This document shows positions 18,864 to 28,205 of a DNA stretch of 64,000 bases, piece after piece. The DNA comes from an uncultured cyanobacterium. GTDB taxonomy: Bacteria; Cyanobacteriota; Cyanobacteriia; Cyanobacteriales; CAWUOF01. The notes under the pieces are model-generated. The model was not told the DNA's origin. It did no database searches and saw only the letters and a program-made list of their open reading frames with translations. Position 1 is the first letter of the stretch. Each line of letters begins with the position of its first letter. The translations under genes and the position numbers were made by a program. Location: positions 1,504,001 through 1,568,000 of the forward strand of contig CAVUSO010000001.1 of the NCBI GenBank assembly GCA_963744145.1. The letters run 5' to 3'.

Positions 18864-19607
18864 ATGGTCCAACAACTCCAACCAGAAATTATTTACCCAG
18901 AGAGCGACGGTCAACCGATGGCTGATAATACTGAACAATTTAACTGGATTGTGATTATTAAGGAGAATTTAGAAAGATTATTTGCTGGGATAGCTAATGT
19001 ATTTATCGCGGGTAATCTGCTCTGGTATCCAGTTCAGGGAAGTTCACAATCAGCAGCGCCCGATGTGATGGTCATCTTTGGGAGACCAAAAGGTAAACGG
19101 GGTTCCTATCAACAATGGCTCGAAGAAAATATTCACCCTCAAGTAGTATTTGAAATTTTGTCTCCTAGCAATAACGCTACCGAAATGTTGAATAAATTCC
19201 TATTCTATCAACAATATGGGGTGGAAGAATATTACATTTATTATCCCCAACGAGTGGAATTGAGTGGCTTTTTGCGTCGAGGAGAAATCTTAGAAGCGAT
19301 CGACCAGATCCAAGGATGGGTTAGTCCCAGATTAGGAATCAGATTTGAACTCAAACCAGACACTTTGGAGATTTATCGTCCCGATGGAGAGAAGTTTCTC
19401 ACCTCGATCGAACTCGATCAACTCACTCAACAAGAGCGTCAACGTGCCCAACAAGAACATCAACGTGCTGAACAAGAACATCAACGTGCCCAACAAGCTA
19501 TAACCCAGCTTGAGCAAGCTATGACCCAGCTTGAGCAAGAAAGACAGAATTATCAAGCTTTACTAGCACTATTGCAAGCCAAGGGGATTGATTTAGAACA
19601 ATTATAG
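18864..19607 (+). CDS. Uma2 family protein, copy 3 (247 aa)
   Basis: Near-identical to copies 1-2. Confidence 0.9.
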   Translation: MVQQLQPEIIYPESDGQPMADNTEQFNWIVIIKENLERLFAGIANVFIAGNLLWYPVQGSSQSAAPDVMVIFGRPKGKRGSYQQWLEENIHPQVVFEILSPSNNATEMLNKFLFYQQYGVEEYYIYYPQRVELSGFLRRGEILEAIDQIQGWVSPRLGIRFELKPDTLEIYRPDGEKFLTSIELDQLTQQERQRAQQEHQRAEQEHQRAQQAITQLEQAMTQLEQERQNYQALLALLQAKGIDLEQL

Positions 19608-19758
19608 CAACTTATCATGACGTTTGAGCATTAATTTTCAGTCAGTATTTCCCCGTAATTGCGATCGCCGGTCAAATTGTGTTTGAGCCAGTCAAGAATT
19701 GATAGAATAGGGATAGTTAATCATCAACTTAGCCCCCCAATAGAGCAGGAGTAGTAGC

Positions 19759-20460
19759 ATGGTCCAACAACTCCAACCAGAAATTATCTATCCTGAGAGC
19801 GACGGTCAACCGATGGCTGATAACACCGAACAATTTAACTGGATTGTGATTATTAAAGAGAATTTAGAAAGATTATTTGCTGGGATAGCTAATGTATTTA
19901 TCGCGGGTAATCTGCTCTGGTATCCAGTTCAGGGAAGTTCACAATCAGCAGCGCCCGATGTGATGGTCATCTTTGGGAGACCAAAAGGTAAACGAGGTTC
20001 CTATCAACAATGGCTCGAAGAAAATATTCACCCTCAAGTAGTATTTGAAATTTTGTCTCCTAGCAATAACGCTACCGAAATGTTGAATAAATTCCTATTC
20101 TATCAACAATATGGGGTAGAAGAATATTACATTTATGATCCCCAACGAGTGGAATTGAGTGGCTTTTTGCGTCGAGGAGAAATCTTAGAAGCGATCGATC
20201 AGATCCAAGGATGGGTTAGTCCCAGATTAGGAATCAGATTTGAACTCACACCAGACACTTTGGAGATTTATCGTCCCGATGGAGAGAAATTTCTTACCTC
20301 GATCGAACTAGATCAACTCACTCAACAAGAACGTCAACGTGCTGAACAAGCTATAACCCAGCTTGAGCAAGCTATGACCCAGCTTGAGCAAGAAAGACAG
20401 AATTATCAAGCTTTACTAGCACTATTGCAAGCAAAAGGTATTGATTTAGAGCAATTATAG
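19759..20460 (+). CDS. Uma2 family protein, copy 4 (233 aa)
   Basis: Tandem duplicate including intergenic DNA. Confidence 0.9.
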   Translation: MVQQLQPEIIYPESDGQPMADNTEQFNWIVIIKENLERLFAGIANVFIAGNLLWYPVQGSSQSAAPDVMVIFGRPKGKRGSYQQWLEENIHPQVVFEILSPSNNATEMLNKFLFYQQYGVEEYYIYDPQRVELSGFLRRGEILEAIDQIQGWVSPRLGIRFELTPDTLEIYRPDGEKFLTSIELDQLTQQERQRAEQAITQLEQAMTQLEQERQNYQALLALLQAKGIDLEQL

Positions 20461-20611
20461 CAACTTGTCATGGCGTTTGAGCATTAATTTTCAGTCAGTA
20501 TTTCCCCGTAATTGCGATCGCGGGTCAAATTGTGTTTGAGCCAGTCAAGAATTGATAGAATAGGGATAGTTAATCATCAACTTAGCCCCCCAACAGCTTA
20601 GGAGTAGTAGC

Positions 20612-21334
20612 ATGGTTCAACAACTCCAACCAGAAATTATCTATCCTGAGAGCGACGGTCAACCGATGGCTGATAACACTGAACAATTTAACTGGATTGT
20701 AATTATTAAAGAGAATTTAGAAAGATTATTTGCTGGGATAGTTAATGTATTTATCGCGGGTAATCTGCTCTGGTATCCAGTTCAGGGAAGTTTACAATCA
20801 GCAGCGCCCGATGTGATGGTCATCTTTGGGAGACCAAAAGGTAAACGGGGTTCTTATCAACAATGGCTCGAAGCAAATATTTACCCTCAAGTCGTCTTTG
20901 AAATTTTGTCTCCCAGCAATAACGCTACCGAAATGTTGAATAAATTCCTATTCTATCAACAATATGGGGTGGAAGAATATTACATTTATGATCCCCAACG
21001 AGTCGAATTGAGTGGCTTTTTGCGTCGAGGAGAAATCTTAGAAGCGATCGATCAGATCCAAGGATGGGTTAGTCCCAGATTAGGAATCAGATTTGAACTC
21101 AAACCAGACACTTTGGAGATTTATCGTCCCGATGGAGAGAAGTTTCTTACCTCGATCGAACTAGATCAACTCACTCAACAAGAGCGTCAACGTGCTGAAC
21201 AAGAACGTCAACGTGCTGAACAAGCTATAACCCAGCTTGAGCAAGCTATGACCCAGCTTGAGCAAGAAAGACAGAATTATCAAGCTTTACTAGCACTATT
21301 GCAAGCAAAGGGTATTGATTTAGAGCAATTATAG
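20612..21334 (+). CDS. Uma2 family protein, copy 5 (240 aa)
   Basis: Tandem duplicate; 853-bp period from copy 4. Confidence 0.9.
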   Translation: MVQQLQPEIIYPESDGQPMADNTEQFNWIVIIKENLERLFAGIVNVFIAGNLLWYPVQGSLQSAAPDVMVIFGRPKGKRGSYQQWLEANIYPQVVFEILSPSNNATEMLNKFLFYQQYGVEEYYIYDPQRVELSGFLRRGEILEAIDQIQGWVSPRLGIRFELKPDTLEIYRPDGEKFLTSIELDQLTQQERQRAEQERQRAEQAITQLEQAMTQLEQERQNYQALLALLQAKGIDLEQL

Positions 21335-21365
21335 CAACTTGTCATGGTGTTTGAGCGATCGCTTA

Positions 21366-21464
21366 GGAATAGAAATTAAATAATTTGCTTGTTTGTAGGA
21401 AACCATGAGAGTTCGCTTTGCGCTTACTACAAACCAAATCATCAAGTTATTTATTTTTCATTCC
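21366..21464. mobile_element. MITE (GGAAT...ATTCC ends) with TTA target duplication
   Basis: TTA at 21363-65 and 21465-67; empty site gcgatcgc-tta-attcacgt at about 6566; related copy at about 43012-43110. Confidence 0.8.
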
Positions 21465-21523
21465 TTAATTCACGTAATTTACCAAGGTTTAATCCAGATC
21501 GCTAACATAAAGTTAACAAAAGC

Positions 21524-21943
21524 TCAAACCGATATATTCAACCCAGGAGTAATTTCAACTACATTAATCGTTGCATTCTCAATCACAGTGTTTCCCAAAA
21601 TTGTATCGTGTATTGCATCAAATTTTGATTTTGCTCTAGCAATTCTTTCATAATACAAAGTTACATGATAGCGTTTATTAACAGGTTTTCCTGCCTCGTT
21701 TAACTCTACTGTATCCCATTTTTGATTCTGACACTCTTCAGTTATCTGACGATAATGGGCAGCTAATTTTTCTAATGCGATCGCGATCGAATGTTCTTTA
21801 GTTTGACCATGACAAGATATGTCAGAAGTTGGAGCATCACTTAACGTTGTTGATATTTCGCAGGTATACTGTCCATTAGGTTGAGATCCTAAAATTAAAG
21901 TAATCGTTTCGGTAATAGGATCAGAATTTATTTCAGACATCAA
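21524..21943 (-). CDS. Hypothetical protein with HicB-like N-terminal fold
   Basis: GQYTCEI...ISCHGQTKEHSIAIALE resembles the HicB beta-beta-beta-alpha pattern. Confidence 0.5.
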   Translation of the reverse strand: MMSEINSDPITETITLILGSQPNGQYTCEISTTLSDAPTSDISCHGQTKEHSIAIALEKLAAHYRQITEECQNQKWDTVELNEAGKPVNKRYHVTLYYERIARAKSKFDAIHDTILGNTVIENATINVVEITPGLNISV

Positions 21944-22055
21944 TTTACTCCTCTTCTTCTAATTCTTCTTCTTACGCAAGAGACAGCCAATGTCGTTTGT
22001 AAGAGCAGGCTGCCTCACGCACATAATAATACCAGGACTCATTATAGTTGATTTA

Positions 22056-22147
22056 GGCGTTGCTTAATCAGGGTATAAAAATCCTGTAGGGGCGTATGGC
22101 CATACGCCCCTAAAAATTATTTATTCATACCGTAAATCAGCAACGCC
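22056..22147. mobile_element. 92-bp MITE (GGCGTTGC...GCAACGCC)
   Basis: 9-bp TSD gttgattta at 22047-55 and 22148-56; empty site in paralogous DNA at about 6776. Confidence 0.88.
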
Positions 22148-22172
22148 GTTGATTTACTCCTGCTACCTACTC

Positions 22173-22820
22173 CTATCTTAACAGATGCGATCGCACCCAT
22201 TCTCTCCAAGCTCTAATTATAGTAGTATCGTCTTCAATTTCGATCAATTGCAAAAACTGATTAATAATCGCGATCGAGACGATAGGAAAATTATAACTAT
22301 ATTCAGAGCTGATATATTCCCCATTTTGAAGTTGATAAAATTCAACCATCTCTCCTCGACAACGCCAAATTTCTGGAATTCCGAGCTGTGTGTAAATTGC
22401 CAATCTGCTACTTGATAAACTGGTAATATCAACTTCAATTACTAAATCGGGTGGAGGATCAGTAGATAGATCAATTCTGCGACCCTGAATCCGGTCAACA
22501 TTTTTTATATAATAGCAGGAATCAGGTTCAGATCCCCGTTGCAAATCTTCCCGATTCAAAGTTACTGAAGCAAATCCTTTTACTCGTAAATTCAGCTCCT
22601 CGGTTAAAGTATTTACCATTCTTTCTAAGAGTTGCTTGTAAGTTTCATGACGATCTGATGGCATTGTTATTTCTAGTGATCCCTGAACATAAGCAAGACG
22701 TAAAGCGCGATGATCTCCCAATTCTACTAACAGCGTTTTGTAAGTTTGCCAGCTAATATTTTGTAAAATAATCCTCTGGGTAGGTGACTGAGGTAAATTT
22801 TCTAGGGCAGTAATTATCAT
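22173..22820 (-). CDS. Uma2 family endonuclease (different subfamily)
   Basis: ISWQTY, EPDSCYY, PPPDLVIEVD, GIPEIW. Confidence 0.9.
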   Translation of the reverse strand: MIITALENLPQSPTQRIILQNISWQTYKTLLVELGDHRALRLAYVQGSLEITMPSDRHETYKQLLERMVNTLTEELNLRVKGFASVTLNREDLQRGSEPDSCYYIKNVDRIQGRRIDLSTDPPPDLVIEVDITSLSSSRLAIYTQLGIPEIWRCRGEMVEFYQLQNGEYISSEYSYNFPIVSIAIINQFLQLIEIEDDTTIIRAWREWVRSHLLR

Positions 22821-22823
22821 AAC

Positions 22824-23798
22824 TTACTCCAAATATATGTGAATTGAAGCGCGTCCAACTTGTTCTTCAAAAGCTTGTTTTCTGGTGACTATAGTTCGGC
22901 TAATAATTTGCTCGATCGCATTGACAATCCACATATAAGTATGGGTATCTTTTCGATAATCAGCTGGTCCAAAGGAATCAACTCGATCTTGTTGCTGAAG
23001 TGTATTTACTTGGGCAAATTCTTTTTTGGAACCAGGTTTATAAACTCCAAAAGTTTGTCCCCCATTTTGTTTAATGATTGAAAAAGCTGGAATATCTCCT
23101 CCACCATCACCAATATAGATCATATTTTGAAAAGGAATTCTTCTGTCTTCAGGACGCATTTTAGCATTTACATCAATATCAGGGTTTTTGTTGGTGCCTT
23201 TATTAATCTCAAACAAAGCTCTAGTTTTAGTGGTATTATCTATTATATAGGCAACTGCTGCGATCGCATTTGATTCTTCGATCGCAGGTAAATCAGTTGC
23301 TTTCAAATATCCCGGTAAAGGTATTTTTTCCACAAACTCACAACCCCAAACTCCATCAACATAATTTGCAATCTGACTACCCAAAATCATTTGTCTGAGT
23401 CCAGAACTGACTATATAGTGTTCAAGTTTCAAGTCGTACTTAGCATATTGAGGATCTTTTTCTACCAGATTTTTGAGCGTCACAAAAAATTCTGGTAGTC
23501 CTTGATAAAACTCCAGTTGCGCTCCAAACTCGCGTAGCATTTTGTTATTCAATCCTGGAAAAATTTGCGATCGCACATAAGTCAGAATATGATTAAGATA
23601 TAGGGAATCTCTAGAAATTAAATCTAAATTATTTTCCCGTTTATGAAATTCAACAATTCCATTCACTTCATCCCAAAAAGCAGTTGCATCGACATGAAAA
23701 TGCTGAAATAATGGGTCTTGCATATAATTTGGGATCAGGGTTTTGTCGAAATCCCATATTAGTGCGATGATATTTTGTGGAAAGAGGGTGCGTGACAT
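22824..23798 (-). CDS. HAD-superfamily hydrolase
   Basis: Motif I WDFDKTL, motif II VSSG, motif IV YIGDGGGD. Confidence 0.85.
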   Translation of the reverse strand: MSRTLFPQNIIALIWDFDKTLIPNYMQDPLFQHFHVDATAFWDEVNGIVEFHKRENNLDLISRDSLYLNHILTYVRSQIFPGLNNKMLREFGAQLEFYQGLPEFFVTLKNLVEKDPQYAKYDLKLEHYIVSSGLRQMILGSQIANYVDGVWGCEFVEKIPLPGYLKATDLPAIEESNAIAAVAYIIDNTTKTRALFEINKGTNKNPDIDVNAKMRPEDRRIPFQNMIYIGDGGGDIPAFSIIKQNGGQTFGVYKPGSKKEFAQVNTLQQQDRVDSFGPADYRKDTHTYMWIVNAIEQIISRTIVTRKQAFEEQVGRASIHIYLE

Positions 23799-23913
23799 TT
23801 AACCAGTTTTTTTTATGGATAGATTTATGCTATCTTAAATTATCACACAACGGAGGAGATTGAACCCAGCCCCCACGGACAATCTTTAATTGAGGTGGGG
23901 TAAGTTTAACATT

Positions 23914-24035
23914 AGACCTCTTGCAAAAGTCCTTATTGATCTATTTATTGACAGGCAAGATGCCTGTCCCACCAGAAAAAATCCCTTTTGTGGGACAGGC
24001 ATCTTGCCTGTCCTATTTATTTTTGCAAGAGGTCT
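23914..24035. mobile_element. MITE (AGACCTCTTGCAAAA ends) immediately after the dcd stop
   Basis: 15-bp IR; ATT flanks at 23911-13 and 24036-38; internal ACAGGCAAGATGCCTGT hairpins. Confidence 0.8.
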
Positions 24036-24036
24036 A

Positions 24037-24630
24037 TTAAACTTTGGGTAGCACCACTTTTTCCGGTTGATCTTGATATTTACCTGATCTTTGTGCGTAG
24101 GTAGTCTGACAAGAATCTCCTTCCAAAAAAAGTAATTGACAAACACCTTCATTAGCATATATACGTGCATCAGCAGGAGAAGAATTAGAAAATTCTAAAG
24201 TTAAATGTCCTCTCCATCCTGCTTCACCGGGAGTGACATTAGCAATAATCCCACATCGAGCTAGGGTACTTTTTCCCATACAAATCACTGTAATATTTCC
24301 CGGTATTTCTAATCGCTCTAAAGCTACTCCTAACCCGTAGGATCTTCCTGGTAAAATAAAAAACTCTCCATCGCGATCGCGGTGTAGTGCTGTGACTTCT
24401 AAATTATCAGGATTAAACCGTTTGGGATTAACAATCGTCCCCGGTACATGACGAAAAATCCGAAACTCTTGGGGCGATAATCTGATATCATAACCATAAC
24501 TGGAACATCCATAGGATAACACCGATATAGTTTGATCCTCAAATTGCATACTTCGCACCAATTTAGGCTCATAAGGCTCAATCATACCTTGAGCGGCCAT
24601 TTGGGCGATCCAAATATCATTTTTAATCAT
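24037..24630 (-). CDS. dcd: dCTP deaminase
   Basis: MIKNDIWI, SYGCSSYGYDIRL, GKSTLARCG, EAGWRGHLTLE; start probably 24630 or 24633. Confidence 0.95.
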   Translation of the reverse strand: MIKNDIWIAQMAAQGMIEPYEPKLVRSMQFEDQTISVLSYGCSSYGYDIRLSPQEFRIFRHVPGTIVNPKRFNPDNLEVTALHRDRDGEFFILPGRSYGLGVALERLEIPGNITVICMGKSTLARCGIIANVTPGEAGWRGHLTLEFSNSSPADARIYANEGVCQLLFLEGDSCQTTYAQRSGKYQDQPEKVVLPKV

Positions 24631-24650
24631 CATCAATCCTCTAGTGACAT

Positions 24651-24687
24651 AAAAACCGGGTGAGTTAAAAAACACCCGGTCTTTTTT
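24651..24687 (-). terminator. Stem-loop with T-tract between the cobO-like gene and dcd
   Basis: ACCGGGTG/CACCCGGT stem flanked by A/T runs on both sides. Confidence 0.5.
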
Positions 24688-24707
24688 GATCTCATTACCA
24701 ATATTAT

Positions 24708-25235
24708 CTACGGTCGATGACTACGACGTAGTTCAGTAATTTGATCAGCTACTTCCAAAATTGCTGGTGGCATTTCGGGTCCAGTTAAAATAATATCGAT
24801 ATGACCTGGACGTTTTTGTAAAAATTCTAATACCTCTATTTCTGGAATTAAGCCAAATTTAATTGCTAAACTTAACTCATCTAACACTACAAGTTCATAT
24901 TTTCCTTGCAAGACCATTTCCTGGGTATATTCCCACAACTGGTGCAATGATTTAGTTTCTACCTCATCTAGTTGAGGAGTATCAATACAACGAGGTAAAT
25001 CACACCGAATCCAATCTAAATTTTGTCCTAATTGCATAGGATGGAGATGTCCCTGACCAATACCTCCTTTCAAAAATTGGACTACTAGCACAGGTGTCCC
25101 CTGACCAGCAATTCTTAAAGCTTGGGCTATTACATGGGTAAAAAAACTGCGCTGACAACAAGTAAATACTTGAACAAGTCCTTCAATATCATAATGAGAA
25201 TGAGCAGTAGGTCGAATTTCTAACTGTGCCACCAT
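24708..25235 (-). CDS. Cob(I)alamin adenosyltransferase-like P-loop protein (CobA/CobO/BtuR family)
   Basis: GLVQVFT, VVQFLKGG, LVVLDEL, IILTG, ADQITE. Confidence 0.85.
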   Translation of the reverse strand: MVAQLEIRPTAHSHYDIEGLVQVFTCCQRSFFTHVIAQALRIAGQGTPVLVVQFLKGGIGQGHLHPMQLGQNLDWIRCDLPRCIDTPQLDEVETKSLHQLWEYTQEMVLQGKYELVVLDELSLAIKFGLIPEIEVLEFLQKRPGHIDIILTGPEMPPAILEVADQITELRRSHRP

Positions 25236-25300
25236 AGGGTCAATCCAATCAGTTTTTGAGTTTTAAGGGCGGATATCATCTTTACACAGATTCGCCAAGT

Positions 25301-25357
25301 AAACAAGATATAGTGTCCAATGGTCTTTTTTTCTTAATAAAACACTATATCTATATA
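25301..25357 (-). promoter_or_regulatory. Pair of candidate NrdR boxes upstream of the cobO-like/dcd operon
   Basis: AAACAAGATATAGTGT (25301-16) and ACACTATATCTATATA (25342-57), 41 bp apart, resemble acaCwAtATaTwGtg. Confidence 0.6.
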
Positions 25358-25466
25358 TATTGACCTAAATAACTCTCAGATTTCCGGAAAAATAAAATCA
25401 GTCTCGAGACACCAGACACCAGACACCTGTAAACTTGGCAATGTTGCTTAATAACATCAAATCAAT

Positions 25467-26216
25467 ATGTCTTGGCAGCGTCCTGATGGTAGACTAGCAA
25501 ATCAACTGCGTCCAATTAGGTTTGAACGCGAATTTACTCGCTTTGCTTTGGGTTCAGTGCTAACTCGGTGTGGAGATACTCAGGTTCTTTGTACAGTTAC
25601 CGTGCAACCGGGGGTGCCAAAGTTTTTAGAAAATAGTGGTCAGGGATGGTTAACAGCTGAATACCGGATGTTACCAGGGTCTACTCCCCAAAGACAAGAA
25701 CGGGAATTTATGAAACTCTCTGGTCGAACTCAAGAAATTCAACGGTTAATTGGACGGAGTTTACGATCGGCTTTGGATTTAAAAGCACTCGGAGAACGTA
25801 CCATCATTATCGATGCAGATGTGATTCAAGCCGATGCAGGGACTCGCACCACTGCCATTACTGGGGGATTTGTGGCTTTAGTTGATGCGATCGCCAAATT
25901 AGTTGAGCGAGGAGAATTAGCGCGATCGCCCATTTGCCACCAAGTTGCGGCTATTTCTGTGGGTTTATTAGAAAATGAGGCATTTTTGGATCTCAATTAC
26001 TTAGAAGATGTTGCTGCTACCGTCGATTTTAATATTGTGATGAATGAGCAAATGGGTATTATTGAAACTCAAGGAACTGCTGAATCAGGAACTTTTAGCC
26101 GTTCTCATTTAAATCAAATTATGGATTTAGCGGAACAAGGTATTCAAGAATTATTTATCTTGCAACGCCAAATTATTGGCAATTCCCGAGGTTATAATGC
26201 AATCCGATTCAGTTAA
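25467..26216 (+). CDS. rph: Ribonuclease PH
   Basis: [43 protein letters not shown]; last codons supplied by a MITE. Confidence 0.96.
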   Translation: MSWQRPDGRLANQLRPIRFEREFTRFALGSVLTRCGDTQVLCTVTVQPGVPKFLENSGQGWLTAEYRMLPGSTPQRQEREFMKLSGRTQEIQRLIGRSLRSALDLKALGERTIIIDADVIQADAGTRTTAITGGFVALVDAIAKLVERGELARSPICHQVAAISVGLLENEAFLDLNYLEDVAATVDFNIVMNEQMGIIETQGTAESGTFSRSHLNQIMDLAEQGIQELFILQRQIIGNSRGYNAIRFS

Positions 26217-26332
26217 CTGTAGGGGCGAAGCATTCGGGCGATAGTTGAACGCTTAAACGAGTAATATTAGACCCGAATGCTTCGCCCTTCTTCGCCGATA
26301 TCTCCCAAAATATTCTTAACTGAACTGGATTG
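26200..26332. mobile_element. IS4-type MITE inserted in the rph 3' end
   Basis: CAATCCGATTCAGTTAA...TTAACTGAACTGGATTG; perfect 10-bp TSD ggttataatg (26190-99, 26333-42). Confidence 0.9.
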
Positions 26333-26441
26333 GGTTATAATGACAAAATTGAGGAAATGTAGCAGAGTTGTTTCAGCTTACTAGAACAATTGTTTGACCT
26401 CTCCCCCAACCCCTCTCCTAAGAGGAAAGGGGAGCAAGAAT

Positions 26442-26621
26442 CAATCTGGTTCGGTTAAGTGTAGGGGCGAACGCGAGAGCGTGCCGGAGGCATAGCATTC
26501 GGGCGATAATTGAACACTTAAACTTTACCCTGAGCGGAGTCGAAGGGGAGTAATATTAGACCCGAATGCTTCGCCCTTCTTCGCCGATATCTCCCAAAAT
26601 ATTCTTAACTGAACTGTATTG
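26442..26621. mobile_element. Second IS4-type MITE carrying two nested small insertions
   Basis: Same ends and body as 26200-26332 plus about 23-nt and 24-nt inserts; no clear TSD. Confidence 0.8.
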
Positions 26622-26710
26622 GGGAGTATACGAGAATCGAGCATGAAACATCCCTGCTACATTCAAGAATATTAATACACCCTGAGAATTTTTTGATCAA
26701 AGACGTTTTG

Positions 26711-28138
26711 CTAATAAGCACCCTCTTTGCGAAGCACAACTTTCACGGTCTGTAACAAGATTTGGAAATCAAGTCCAAGAGACCAGTTTTGAATGTAGGC
26801 TAAGTCAAGACGGAAAACATCTTCAAAATCGATCAGATCCGAACGACCAGAAACTTGCCAAAGACCAGTTATTCCGGGTAATACTTCCTGACGAATAAAG
26901 TGTCTTTCTGAAAAGCGTTCCACATCACGTAGGGGAAACGGACGGGGACCAACTAAACTCATTTCACCCATCAAAACGTTAATGATTTGTGGTAATTCAT
27001 CCAAGCTATAACGACGCAGAAATTTGCCAATGCGGGTAACGCGAGGGTCTTCTTTCAGCTTGAACATAATTCCATCTTTCATTTCATTTCTTGATTCTAA
27101 ATCCTTCAACAATTGTTCTGCATTAGTCACCATAGTGCGGAATTTCCACACTTTAAAATGACGACCTTTTAATCCAACGCGATTTTGTTTATAAAAGATT
27201 GGACCATCTGAATCAATTTTGATGAGAATTGCTAACAACAGAAACAAAGGACTAGCAAGAGTTAAAATCAAAGCCGCGATCAAAACATCAAAGCCACGCT
27301 TCAACCAAAAATCACTACCAAGAATTGGGGGAGAACGAAAGCGTAGGGTCGTAAAACCATCAATCATCTTAATTTCCGACCATTGACTAGGTAATTCCAA
27401 TCCAATTGGTACTACCCGTAAGTCGATCCCAGCATTTTTTAACTCCCAAAATAGGAAAATTGGATCTTTAACAGATTGCCAAGAACAAACAAAAACTTCA
27501 CTAACTTGTAGTTGCTGGATATTTACCAGAATTTCTGCCCAATGTTCTTCACTATCTCTAGAGGATATATCTGCTTGTCCTCGGACATCAAACTGCGCTC
27601 GTTTATCTAGTAATTTTCGCGCTTTTTGAATATCTTCTGGGTCTCCAATTAAAAAAACTGGCTGACGTACTATCCCTTGACGACGTAAGCCAATGATTGT
27701 TAAATGGAGAATTAGACGCTCTGTAAAAACAAAAATTAAAGTAAATATCCAAGACAACAAGAATGTTGAACGGGATATATTGTTTCCCTGTTTAGACAGA
27801 AAAGCAATTATCAATAATACACCTTGAGCGAGAGTCAAAGATTTGATTAGACTCAAGAAATCGCGTCTTCTGTCGTCCGTTCCGTACAGTCCTGAAGCCG
27901 CAACTATGCCCAAGGTGATTACCAAAATTGTTGGCAAAAACTTTAGCCCTTGGCTAGACTCGGCGAATAGTTCAAAAGCTGTGCTAGAACTTCCCAACAA
28001 GTCTGCTAAGAGCCAAGATATGGACAATATTAGGCTATCAAGAATCACCAAAGTGGCTACTCGAAGCCAGCCAATGCCGGTACCGCGACGAAGTTTTGCA
28101 ACTATCGGAGCGCGTAGGTCAATCCCATTTTTGTGCAT
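26711..28138 (-). CDS. Polyprenyl glycosylphosphotransferase (priming sugar transferase, WcaJ/CpsE type)
   Basis: N-terminal TM helices; KRGFD, KFRTM, DPRVTRIG, DELPQ, MSLVGPRP, PGITGLWQVSGR. Confidence 0.93.
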   Translation of the reverse strand: MHKNGIDLRAPIVAKLRRGTGIGWLRVATLVILDSLILSISWLLADLLGSSSTAFELFAESSQGLKFLPTILVITLGIVAASGLYGTDDRRRDFLSLIKSLTLAQGVLLIIAFLSKQGNNISRSTFLLSWIFTLIFVFTERLILHLTIIGLRRQGIVRQPVFLIGDPEDIQKARKLLDKRAQFDVRGQADISSRDSEEHWAEILVNIQQLQVSEVFVCSWQSVKDPIFLFWELKNAGIDLRVVPIGLELPSQWSEIKMIDGFTTLRFRSPPILGSDFWLKRGFDVLIAALILTLASPLFLLLAILIKIDSDGPIFYKQNRVGLKGRHFKVWKFRTMVTNAEQLLKDLESRNEMKDGIMFKLKEDPRVTRIGKFLRRYSLDELPQIINVLMGEMSLVGPRPFPLRDVERFSERHFIRQEVLPGITGLWQVSGRSDLIDFEDVFRLDLAYIQNWSLGLDFQILLQTVKVVLRKEGAY

Positions 28139-28205
28139 TGTCTTGTCATTTAGATCGAGCTAAGGATAGTTAAAAGTGTATATTCACCCTTTTTTCACAA
28201 TCTAA

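Noticed and set aside
25407..25427. AGACACC x3 heptamer upstream of rph
   Set aside because: Ordinary short tandem repeat of cyanobacterial type with no evidence of function
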